64,000 nt of DNA. It comes from Octopus sinensis. Lineage: Eukaryota. Shown one piece after another: positions 51,261 through 64,000 of this stretch. The notes beneath the pieces are model-generated. The model saw only the letters and a program-made list of their open reading frames with translations, made no database searches and was not told the origin of the DNA. Location: the NCBI RefSeq assembly GCF_006345805.1, contig NC_043004.1, positions 68,386,001-68,450,000 on the forward strand, written 5' to 3'. The stretch's first letter is position 1. Each line of letters starts with the position of its first letter. The translations under genes were made by a program, and so were the position numbers.

Positions 51261-54200
51261 TAGTTTTATTTTTATTTATATAGCGTGCTTTCACTTCACT
51301 ACCGAGCGCAGCTCTGTGTGCCTTGGGTATGTGCTGTGATTTGTTGTGATGCTGTGATGGTTATTGTATGGAAAGTGTTCTGCGTAGGATGTGGGCAGTG
51401 CCTAGTAGTGCAATTTTCTGTATGTTATATGTGTTTGTAAGTCCTGGTGTTTTTGTTATGTATTGTCTGAATATTTTTTATCATGCCTAATGCACCTACT
51501 ATGATAGGAATTGTTTCTGTTTTCAGATTCCACATTCTAGTTACCTCTATTTCCAGGTCTTTGTATTTTGAGAGTTTCTCCATTTCTTTTAGAGACACGT
51601 TGTCATCTGCCGGTATTGATACATCAATTAAAAAGCATTTTTTTTCTTCATGATCTCTGACAACTATATCTGGTCTGTTGGCCTTAATTTCTCTATCTGT
51701 GTGTATCGGCATATCCCAGAGTATGGTTGCTTTCTCGTTTTCTGTGACCTTTTCTGGTGTGTGCCTATACCATCTTTTTTCTGTTGTTAATCCATAATGT
51801 GGCATAGCTTCCAATGTATGTAGGTTCCAACTCTGTCATGTCTGTGATATATTCCTTCTTAGCCAGGACTGGGCAGCTAGAGATAATATGATTTATTGTT
51901 TCTTGTCCATCTCCACATATTCTGCAGTTACTTGTAATATTTCTTTTCATTACATGTTTTTGGTCATTTCTGGTGGGGAGGCTTTGGTCTTGTGCTGCAA
52001 TTAAAAATCCCTCTGTTTCTGCTTTGAGTCCTGAGCTTCTCAACCATTGCTGGGATTTTTCTTTGTCTATTTCTTTTGCGTTTAGTTTAGTGCAGTATTT
52101 ACCATGAAGGGGCTTTTCTTGCCATCGTTTTATCATGGTTCGTTGCTGTTCTGTTTTTAGTTTGGATTCATTTGTTTTATAGCTTTTGTTGTTTCTTCAT
52201 CTTCTTCTTCTTCTTCATGTTTATTAGGTGGTATGATTTCTTGTTTGTATTTGTCAGCTTCCTTAAATACTGAGAACACAGTTGTTGTTTTGCTTGTTTT
52301 GCCGCTATCTGGATCAGTTTTCCTCCTTCTGAAGTAGATATTTTTGCAGTCCTATGGTGGTTATTTTATAGTAGTTTTCCAGCTGTATAAGGCCTCTACC
52401 ACCTTCTATACGTTGTATATATAGTCTTTCTATGTCAGATTTTGGTGATGCATCCTAGATCCTGTCATTATTTTTCTTGTTTTCCTATCTATTTTGGTCA
52501 GTTCATTTCGTGTCCAGTTAAGGATATTGTAGCTGTAACTTATAACTGGGACAGCTAAAGTGTTGATACCTATTATCTTGTTTTTAGCATTGAGCTCTGT
52601 GTTTAGTATTGATATAACTCGTCTATAATATTCTTTTTTTATTTCTCTTTCATTTGTGTGTGTTGTGTCTTATCTAGTTCATGGATTCCTAAGTATTTGT
52701 AAGTTTGGCTTTGGTCTAATTCTTTTATTTCATGGTTTTATCTAGTGTGATGTTGTTACTCTTAACTAGTTTTCCTCTTTCATGGTTACTTTGGCGCATT
52801 TTTCTAATCCAAATTTCATATCTATTTCCTTGGTAAATCCATGAACTGTCTTTAATAGTGTTTCCAGCTGTTTGTCATTTGCAGCGTATAGTTTTAGGTC
52901 ATCCATATATAAAAGGTGGCTGATCGTTTTGCCGTAACATTTATATCCGCATCCAGTTCTATTTAGCATATCAGATAGAGGTGACAGTGCCAAGCAGAAA
53001 AGGAGTGGAGAGAGCGTGTCTCCCTGGAATATTCTCTTCTAATGGGGATGTCTTGGTTTTCATGAGTCCCTCTTTTGTTTGGAGGTGTAGGACTGTTTGC
53101 CATTTATTCATAGAGTGCCTCTATGAATTTTATGATTGTTGTGCTACTTTGTTAATGGCTAGTGTTTCGAGGATCCATGTGGGGGGATGCTATCAAACGC
53201 CTTTTTGTAGTCGATCCAGGCCATACTGAGGCCTTTCTTCTTTCTGTGGCTGTCTTCAGTTATGGCTTTATTAATCATTAGTTGATCTTTACAGCCATAT
53301 GAGCCTTTGCGGCATCCTTTCTGCTCTTCTGGGAACAGTTTGTTTTCGTCCAGGTGCTTGTTCAGCCTTTGTGATATCACTGCAGTAAATGCCTTGAACA
53401 TAGTAGGGAGGCAGGTTATTGGTCTGTTAGTTTCTGGTTTTTCTGTTTCATTTGATTTGGGAATTAAGATGGGTTTTTCCCCTTCGTGAGCCATTCAGGC
53501 ATTGTCTCTGGCTCTGCTAGTACGTTGTTAAAGTTTTCAGCCAGCTTTTGTGCATTCCTGTTAGATATTTCAACCAGAAGTTGGGGATCTTGTCATGCCC
53601 AGGTGCCTTCCAGTTGCTTAGTCTTTGCATTGCCTGGGTGACCTCTTCAGTTGTTATGGGGGTCCAAAGTTGTTCAGATGCCGAGTTTGTAATTTTGATA
53701 CTCCTTTTTTTTGGTGGTTCGTTCGCCGACCATATCTCTCTCCAGAATTCTTCCAATTCTTCTGCCGTTGGTACTGCAGTGACTTCTATTTTATTTTTGC
53801 CCAGTTCTTGGTAGAACTTTTGGGGTTGGAGCTGAACTTTTGTTTCTTCAAAGAAGCGTTGGCGTTTCTTGTACCGGCGGATCCTTGTGCTTTGGCAAGG
53901 ATATCTTGCTTCAGCTTTTCTTTTATTTCAGGCAAATCTTTCTCTGTCATGTTATATTTGCGGAGTATTTTTGTTCTCTTTTTGTTGCTCAGTAGCGTTG
54001 ATTCTTTGCTGATTTCATTAAGAATCGACAGGTCTTTTCTAATTTTTTTTATTTTGCTTTGGATGTTATTTATCCACAGGGTTTGTTTGGGTGGTGGTAC
54101 TCCTGTTTGGCGGGTTGGTGGTTGAGTATCCAGCTTCTTTTGTGGTGCAGGGCTGGCTGCTGTGTATATTAGGTTATTTAGCTCAGTGATATCACTTTTT

Positions 54201-54515
54201 TTTATTCAGTGGCTATCAGTTCAGTGACGGCTAGGTTTATGCTGTTTATAATAGGTGTGTTGTTATTTCGTTTATTTTGATTCTTGGGAGGTATGGTCGG
54301 TGGTCCATTTTGAGCTCTGTGGTTTTCAGTTCTTTGATTATTTTATTTTTTATATTATCATAATCATTAGGCTCCCCTTCGTTGTTTACATCGTGTTTGT
54401 TGGGAATGTTGCGTTTGTCTTCGTGTTTTACAGTTTCAGTGTTTATATTATTGGGCATTGTTGTGTGGCTTCTATCTACATTTTCCTGGTGTATGTTTTC
54501 TTTTAGGTGTTCTAT
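51258..54515 (-). mobile_element. Dong/R4-clade non-LTR retrotransposon, ~3.25 kb, 5'-truncated (RT, CCHC, RLE), flanked by (TAA)n
   Basis: WKAPGHDKIPNFWLK, RPITCLPTMFK, QKGCRKGSYGCKDQL, AWIDYKKAFDS, HLLYMDDLKL, LKAETEGFLIAAQDQ, CRICG..ETINHIISSC, RPDIVV...LIDVSIP...KLSKYKDL and PIIVGALG. Confidence 0.96.
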
Positions 54516-54551
54516 TTCTATTTTATTATTATTATTATTATTATCATTATT

Positions 54552-54582
<31 letters not shown>

Positions 54583-54629
54583 TTATTACTATTATTATTA
54601 TTATTATTATTGTTATTATTCTATCTTTG

Positions 54630-54830
54630 ACTTTTGCTTTACATTTGTACAAGTTGGCTCCAAGTCTCACCCAGAGACCTCAAGAGACAACAGGTTTGAA
54701 GTTCATGTTGTTGTTATGCCTAGTGTGCCATATAGTTAGTTTTGTATTTAGTGTTGTACTAGTGAATGTCAAAATAAATTATATTTGTTTGGTTGTTTGT
54801 TTCAAAACTTGAGATTATATAGATTCCATC
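54630..54830 (-). mobile_element. Probable Dong/R4 3' UTR-only fragment with (ATA)n tail
   Basis: Non-coding segment TTGTCTCTTGAGGTCTCTGGGTGAGACTTGGAGCC between two (TAA)n tracts. The assignment rests on recalled similarity to Dong 3' UTRs. Confidence 0.55.
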
Positions 54831-54849
54831 ATCATTATTATTATTATTA

Positions 54850-54888
<39 letters not shown>

Positions 54889-54919
54889 CATCATCATCAT
54901 TATCATCATTATTATTATT

Positions 54920-54964
<45 letters not shown>

Positions 54965-54974
54965 GTTGTTATTA

Positions 54975-55712
54975 ATATTCCTTCGTAACATAGTGTAGGT
55001 AAAAATGCACAGGAGTTTTTAGTCACCTACCAAGGACCTTAGATAGATAATACTTTCCTTAAGATGTGGGCTGTACCCAATAAGGCTGCTTTTTGCAAGA
55101 CGTCTATCTTGCATGGGATTTCCAGTTGCCTTAAGAAGTCTTGCAGTTTCATTGGGATTGAACCCAACGCTCCGGTCACCACTGGTATCACTTTTACATT
55201 ACCCTCTCGCATTCCATACAATCTTGCCGTTTCCACTTTCATTTTGGAGTACTTGGTGATTTTCCCAACCACTTTACTCACAACATTCTTGTCACTTGGC
55301 ATGGCTACATCAATGATCTGACATTATTCGTCTCTTTTAATCAGTATGACAATATCCGGCCGATTGTGTTCGATTACACGATCCGTCTGAAAATCCCGGG
55401 ATATCGTTACTTTTCCATCCTCCTGCATAACTTTACTTGCTACAGGCTCATACTAGTTCCCTTTACTTCATATTGGTATTTACAGCATAAGAGCCAATGA
55501 AGATACACACACATCATCGTGGCGGCGCTTGTATTCTTTTTGTGCAAGACTCTCACATCCACACACACTAAGTGTGTCACATTTTCCGCCCTTTTTCCAC
55601 CTGCGTTTTATAGATCTTGTACTTCACTGAGTTGTTAGCGAGAGCCTGCAGCAATGATCAGGCTTTCGGTGGTACGCTTCAAATCACCTCGTTCGAGCCA
55701 TGCCCACGATTC
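54975..55712 (-). mobile_element. Dong/R4 3' fragment, second family
   Basis: WLERGDLKRTTESLIIAA, ENVTHLVCGCESLAQKEYKRRHDDV, NRPDIV..., IPVVTGALG and LQKAALLGTAHILRKVLSI. Confidence 0.92.
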
Positions 55713-55739
55713 TTATTATTATTATTATTATTATTATTT

Positions 55740-56399
55740 TTTTTTTTTTTTTTTATTCTTTCAAATTTGCTTCCATTTCTTGCCGAGTGTCTTCCCGACT
55801 CCTAGGGCAAAGAAACTCATAGTATACATTGGTAGGCCATTAAACCAAACTCAGTAGTTCGTTCATTTTTTTTTTTTTTTTTAAAGTTCAATTAAAATAC
55901 ATGAACAGCAACAGTTCTCACATCGACAATGCTCTTCTCAATACGTGTAATGTACCAGTTAAGACAATATTTTGCACTTCTTGCAGGGATGGCAAGCCAG
56001 GGATCATTCTCATATAATTTTCGGTTCCCTTCTTGATCATTCCTAGTGCTCCTACGATCACTGGTATTGTAACCGCCTTGAGATGCCACATTTTCTCAAT
56101 TTCAATGAGTAGGTCTTTATATTTTCTGAGCTTGTCAAACTCTTTCGCTGAGATATTATGATCACAGGGGATGCTCATGTCGATCAATAAGCAAACTTTA
56201 TTGTTTTGGTCTTTGACAACAATATCTGGTTTATTGGCCTTGATGGTTCGGTCTGTATGTACTAGAAAGTCCCACAGAATGGTTACATTTTCTCCTTCAG
56301 TTACAACCTCAGGGTGGTGATTATACCACTTTTCGGCAGTTTTGATATTGTAATGCCGACTTATTAGCCAGTGGAGATATTGGCCAACTCTGTCATGAC

Positions 56400-56400
<1 letters not shown>
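55740..56400 (-). mobile_element. Dong/R4 3' fragment, third family
   Basis: HDRVGQYLHW...ILWDFLVHTDRTIKANKPDIVV...IDMSIP...KLRKYKDL...VIVGALG...TLHVLRRALSM. It is 5'-truncated into (TAA)n. Confidence 0.94.
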
Positions 56401-56461
<61 letters not shown>

Positions 56462-56492
56462 GTTATTATCATCATTATTATTATTATTATTA

Positions 56493-56535
<43 letters not shown>

Positions 56536-56585
56536 CATTATCATCATCATCATCATCATTATCATCATCATTATTATTATTATCA

Positions 56586-56975
56586 TTGGCTGTGTGGTAA
56601 GTAGCTTGTCTACCAACAACATGGTTCCAGGTTCAGTCCCACTGCGTGGCACCTTGATGGTGTGTCCTCTACTATAGCCTCGGCCCGACCAAAGCTTTGT
56701 GAGTGGATTTGGTAGAGGGAAACTAAAAGAAGCCCGTCGTATATATGTATATTGGTATGTGTGCGTGTGTTTATGTGTTTTATGTTTGTCTCCCCAACAT
56801 CGCTTGGCAACCGATGCTGGTGTGTTTACGTCCCGTAACATAGCAGTTCGGTAAAAGAGACTGATGAAATAGGTACTAGGCTTACAAAGAATAAGTCCTG
56901 GGGTCGATTTGCTCGACTAAAGGCAGTACTCCAGCAAGGCCGCAGTCAAATGACTGAAACAAGTAAAAGAGTATT
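56586..56975 (+). mobile_element. SINE family B, full length
   Basis: Aligns end to end with 456-890. Confidence 0.92.
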
Positions 56976-59797
56976 AGTATTAAGCATCCTTGTATTGCGG
57001 TGTGGTGGTAGAGTCCTTTTTCGTTATGGCTCTTGTCAACTTATGCTTCATTGTATTTCGACCGTTATAATAAAGTACTGACTGAGTATTACTGTCGATG
57101 GTATCAACAGACTAAGTTCCTTCAAAATTACTGACCTTGAGGCTAAACTATTAGCATGTATTTTTCATTACTATATTAACATAAGAGTATTTTCGGGCCA
57201 GGGAAATGTTGGTCACGGAATATATACGTTAAAATATATAGGTGTATCTACTTCCATATATCTTTACATCTAGCGTAAGCTGTCAAACTTCTTAATATTA
57301 ATTTATTATTTCTGACTAAGTGGCCCTGTAAGAAAACAGCGGAATATGCATATGGTACTATTAAAGATAGCTGAATATGAGATTCTATTTCACTTTCCAG
57401 TTGTAACTCGTATCACATCAACTAAGCAACGAATGCCTCGAAGTAAAACAAAACTATAAAAGCTTTCAGTTATATCATTATCTACTTTAAGGCAGATTAC
57501 ACACCTTTGCCTCGTTTAAGAATAACGACTCCACCCACAAAAATTAGCAATTGAATCTCCCTCATATCACGTTGTATCTCCTTAAATTTAAAAAAAGAAG
57601 TCACGTTGAATATGGTGGTATTCAAAAGCACTGTGTATGAACAAAGCAGAGTTTATCACTGTGGCAACATGTTCGATCATGTGTATGTAGTATCAGAAGT
57701 AATCTGGAAGGCAATAATGATGGTAAACTTTGACCATGCAACTTTTCCATGCGTTTATTGAACACACTTATCCTGTTTTGTTACCCAAAATATATATTTT
57801 TATTTTAATGGATCCGATTTTGTTTCACAAATTTATTCACTGTTCTGCGCATCATTTACATTAATTGTAATTTTGAGAATCATCATGAAAATATGCGACA
57901 ACAGTGAACTCTCGAATTACGGGTGCAAACCATTCAAACGGGCATCTTTCCATGTGCCTTTCACTGGGGCGACCAGCGGCACTTAGTCAATATGGTACGC
58001 TGCAGATGGAAAGCTGGATCTTCCAATTACAGAGCGGACTTCTTTACTTGGCCATCTTGTGTCTGATATGAGTGCGCGCACACATACATATACACACAAC
58101 GGCACACACACAAACACTCACTCACACAACCGCTTACACACTTACACAGACAACCGCATAAGGGCATACACAAACAGATATATACGCGTATGCGTATATA
58201 CATATAATATATACATACATGTATATATTGTGTGTATATATGGATATATATATATATATGAACATATTCAAACACTCACACATACACACACGTACAGCCA
58301 TACATGCAAACCGTCACATATTAAGTAAATTGTCACTCAGTACATTTAAATACAGAATTAAATTTAAATGCACAATAAAATTCATCTCGGAGAAAACTCG
58401 TTGGAAAACGACTTGAACCGGGGCCGTATGTTGAAAATAAAAACGATTGGAGCCCCATTTATTGATCATATGTTATTTGGTGTCAAATTTTCGTCTCCCG
58501 AACTGCAACATCCTCACAAGCAAAATTCGGCTACAGTGTAATTTTAACACCAAATATCAATTAATAAATGCGTTAGTGAAGTTAACAATCTTTGTGTGAT
58601 TTTGAATGGCAAATATACGTCTTTCGGGTTGTAATAGCTATAATCAATTTTAATTTGCAAAGATCGACTGTGATTTCTAGTTTAACCATTCGTTGACAGA
58701 TCAGCGTGATCAAATCCTTCATTATACTACCCCACTCATTAACCACCTTCAACTGAGTCAGCTAAATCCATATAAATGTTACATCAAAGGACGTTCACTA
58801 AGACACTTATATAGCTGAAAAGCCTCTGTCGGATTGGTGTTTGATGAGAGTAATACTGTAATAAATAAATTTTGAATTGTATAATTATCCATTCTTCTTT
58901 ACGATGTCTTGATTATGTATATATATATATATATATATATAAATCTAACAGTGGTCTCAAAAGACATTTTATGAACGACAAACGTCAGAATTTATATGCA
59001 GCTCTTGGTGGTCCAAATGGAATATGGGTATCTTTTCAAAACTTTGTCTGGTTTTAAAAAGCCACAGCAGAAGCCATGATGGTTCTAAGGAAGTGGTTAA
59101 ATTCTGAATAAGGAGTAGACAGCCCCCATGTGCATATATGTGTGTGTGTCTCTGTAAGTGTTTATGTATATAAGTATAAGTCTATATGTACATACATTTA
59201 TGTATATATGTATGCATATATGTATGCATATATGTATGCATATATGTATATATGTATGTCTCTGTATATATATTAGAAGGTTTGGAGATGATACACAGGT
59301 ATTATATAATAGAAGAAATGAGGTACTCAGAAATCTGGATGGTTTAATATTTACAGGTATTTATTAGCATGTTATATGTCTTTATAAATCATATATCATA
59401 GATTAGCGCTTTCGTTCACTCTAATGGAGTTGTCAAACTGAACTTTTGCAGGAAGTTTATGGTATTATTGAGTGTGTAGGGGTGGACAAAGATATAAGAT
59501 AGTACAAGTGGGTAAAGAATGGGGAGAAAGTGGGACAGAGCGTGGGCGCATGTGTGTGTGTGTGTATGTGTGTGTTTGTGTGTTTTTGTATTTGAAAGAG
59601 TGTTAAAGAAAAAGAGAGGGAAAGGAAGAAGAAGGAAAGAAAGAAGAAAAAATTTGTTGATATCTTTGCAGCTGGTCAGGCTTTCAATAGTAAAAGATTC
59701 TTGGCTTTTAGAAATGACAAACCCAGCTGGTCACTTCAAGGGGGGCAAAATGTCACGTTCAAAAAGTTGTCTGGATTTCTTTTCATCATCGTCTTGT

Positions 59798-59880
<83 letters not shown>

Positions 59881-60045
59881 GGTGTCTGTGTATCTGAAAG
59901 TGGTGTCGAATGGAAAAGGGAATGAAAGGAAGGAGGAGGAGAGAAAGAAGGAAAACATGTGTTTACAGTTTTGCAGCTGGTCAGTCTTTCAATAGTAAAT
60001 TATTCTTGGCTTTTAGAAATGGCAGACTTATATATATTTATATAA

Positions 60046-60085
<40 letters not shown>

Positions 60086-60130
60086 TAATATATATATATA
60101 TATATAATATATATAATATATATATATATA

Positions 60131-60184
<54 letters not shown>

Positions 60185-60195
60185 ATGTATGTATA

Positions 60196-60510
60196 TGCTG
60201 AGACCCCCTTCGGTCGCGACTGATCATGGGATTGCACCTAGAAAGTTACCGTCCCAGGCACAAGTCCAGGCAAGGTTGTTTATGGAAGACCAGCAGTCGC
60301 CCATGCATACCAGCCTCCCCTCTCCACGCCACCAGTGTTATCCAAGGGAAGAGCAAAGACTGATACAACTTGGCACCTGTGACATCGTAACACATTTCTA
60401 CAGCTGAGTGAACTGGAGCAGCGAGAAATAAAGTGTCTTGCTCAAGAACACAACCCGCAGCCCGGTCCGGGATTCGAACTCACAACCCCACTGAGCCATG
60501 CGCCTTCACA
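60196..60510 (-). mobile_element. tRNA-derived SINE family D (shares its central domain with family C, different tail)
   Basis: Minus strand GTGAAGGCGCATGGCTCAGTGG...GAGTTCGAATCCCGG, GTTGTGTTCTTGAGCAAGACACTT and CTCCAGTTCACTCAGCTG. Confidence 0.85.
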
Positions 60511-60628
60511 TACACACACACACACAGATATATATATGTGTGTATATAAATGGAGCCGCTTGAATCAGTCGTACTGCACCACCACTGGATATCCTGTTGT
60601 TTATTCTGATATAGAGAGAGATAAATAG

Positions 60629-61399
60629 ATACATACATACATACACACATACATACATACATACATACACAAATACATACATACATACATACATACACAC
60701 ATACATACATACATACATACATAACATACATACATACATACATACATACATACATACATACATACATACACACATACATACATACATAACATACATACAT
60801 ACATACATACATACATACATACATACATACACAAATACATACATACATACATACATACACACATACATACATACATACATACATACATAACATACATACA
60901 TACATACATACATACATACATACACACATACATACATACATACACACATACATACATACATACACACATACAAACATACATACATACATACATACATACA
61001 TACATACATACATAACATACATACATACATACATACATACATACATACATACATACAAACATACATACATACATACATACAAACATACATACATACATAC
61101 ATACATATATACACACATACAACATACAACATACATACATACATACATAACCATACATACATACATACATACATACATACTACATACAAACATACATACA
61201 TACATACATACAAACATACATACATACATACATACATACACACATACAACATACATACATACAAATACATACTACATACATACATACATACATACATACA
61301 TACACAACATACAAACATACATACATACATACATACTATACATACATACATACATACAACATACATACATACATACATACCATACATAACATACATACA

Positions 61400-61431
<32 letters not shown>

Positions 61432-64000
61432 CATACATACACACATACATACATACTACATACAAACATACATAATACTACATACATACATACATACATA
61501 CAACATACATACATACATACATACATACAACATACATACATCATACATACATACATACATACATACATACATACATACATACATACATACATACATACAT
61601 AACATACATACATACAACATACATACATACATACATACATACATACAACATACAACATACATACATACATACCATACATACATACATAATACATACATAC
61701 AAACATACATACTACATACATACATACATACAAACATACATACATACATACATACATACATACAATACATACATACATATAACATACATACATAACATAC
61801 ATACATACATACATACATACATACATAACATACATAATACATACATAATAACATACATACATACTACATACATACATTACAACATACATACATACATACA
61901 TACATACATACATACATACATACATACACAAATACATACATACATAACATACATACATACATACACATACATAACATACACACATACATACATACATAAC
62001 ATACATACATACAGACATACATACATACATACATACATACACAAATACATACATACATACATACATACACACATACATACATACATACATACATACATAC
62101 ATACATACATACATACATACATACATACATACATACACACATACATACATACACATACAAACCATACATACATACATAACATACCATACATACATACATA
62201 CATACATACATACATACATACATACATACATACATAACATACATACATACATACATAATACATACATACACACATACAAACATACATACATACATACATA
62301 CACATACATACATACATACATACATACATACATACATACATACATACATAACATACATACATACATACATACATACATACATACATACATACATACATAC
62401 AAAACATACATACATACATACATACATACTACATACATACATACATACATACAAACATACATACATACACATACATACATACATACATACTACATACATA
62501 CATACATACATACATACATACATACATACATACATACATACATACATACATACATAATACATACATACAACTACATACATACATACATACATACATACAT
62601 ACACACATACATACATACATACATACATACATTACATACATACATACATACATACATTACAACATACATACATAATAACATACATACATACAAACATACA
62701 TACATACATACATACATACATAATACATACACACATACAACAACATACATACATACATACATACATAACATACATACATACATACATACATAACATACAC
62801 ACATACATACATACATACATACATACACACATACATACATACATACATACATACATACATACATACATACATACATACATACACACATACATACATACAT
62901 ACATACATACATACATACATACATACATACATACATACATACATACATACATACATACATACATACACACATACAAACATACATACATACATACATACAT
63001 ACATACATACATACATACATACATAACATACATACATACATACACACATACAAACATACATACATACATACATACATACATACACACATACATACATACA
63101 TACATACATACATACATACATACATAACATACATACATACATACATACATAACATACACACATACATACAACATACATACATACATACATACACACATAC
63201 ATACATACATACATACATACATACATACACACATACATACATACATACATACATACATAACATACATACATACATACATACATACATACATACATACATA
63301 CATAACATACATACATACATACATAACATACACCATACATACATACATACATACCTACATACATACATACATCACATACATACATAACATACCTACATAC
63401 ATACATACATACATACATACATACCATACATACATAACATACATACATACATAATACTACATACATACATACACACATACATACATACATACATACATAC
63501 ATACCACATACAAACATACATAATACATACATACATACATACATACATATACATACAACATACATACATACATACATACATATACATACATACATACATA
63601 CACACATACAAACATCCATACATACATACATACACACATACAAACATACATACATACATACATACATACATACATACATACATACATAACATACCACATA
63701 CATACATACATACATACATACACACATACATACATACATACATACATACATACATACATACAAACATACATAATACATACATACATACATACAAACATAC
63801 ATACATACATACATACATCCATACATACATACATACTACATACACACATACAAACATACATACACATACATACATACATACATACATAATACATACATAC
63901 ATACATACATACACCTACATACATACATACATACATACATACATACATACATACCACATACATACATACATACATACATACATACATACATACATACATA
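60629..64000. repeat. Very long degenerate (TACA)n array, at least 3.4 kb, running off the window end
   Basis: Directly visible, with frequent single-base indels and substitutions. Confidence 0.99.

Noticed and set aside
60480-63999. Long ORFs of up to 402 aa (MYVC repeats), and similar YI/HT/CV-repeat ORFs throughout the window
   Set aside because: They are translations of (TACA)n, (TA)n and (CA)n microsatellites that lack stops in some frames. They are not evidence of genes.

Overview
Eukaryotic, AT-rich, non-genic or intronic DNA saturated with microsatellites and transposon debris. The repeat repertoire (tRNA-derived SINEs with an internal (TA)/(CA) tract, Dong/R4, RTE, CR1-like, Penelope, mariner, Helitron) resembles what I know of Octopus genomes; the taxon is an inference. 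No host gene could be named. Most ORFs in the supplied track are translations of simple repeats. Recognisable coding remnants are all mobile elements: RTE (x2), HERO, R1-like, CR1-like (several), L1/Tx1, four Dong/R4 pieces in one head-to-tail cluster, Penelope-like elements (PLEs) with GIY-YIG remnants, mellifera-type mariners, maT/DD37D and Tc1 transposons, and three non-autonomous Helitrons. The strongest unexpected signal is a set of type I hammerhead-ribozyme folds on PLE ends. One is nearly intact (15099-15189). One has its predicted cleavage site exactly at the boundary of a 160-bp inverted duplication (27031-27093). One is duplicated into a 233-bp palindrome (13666-13898). Also notable: PLEs nested inside the internal microsatellite of one SINE family twice, a hairpin-bearing 3' tail shared by that SINE and a CR1-like LINE, and one well-bounded orphan exon candidate (20008-20286) whose peptide has an N-terminal RFxV motif. 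A 100-N gap with near-identical flanking triplication (29.2-31.9 kb) and noisy repeats point to assembly artefacts. Unless stated as exact, coordinates are approximate and read by eye; family assignments come from motif recognition, not database searches.
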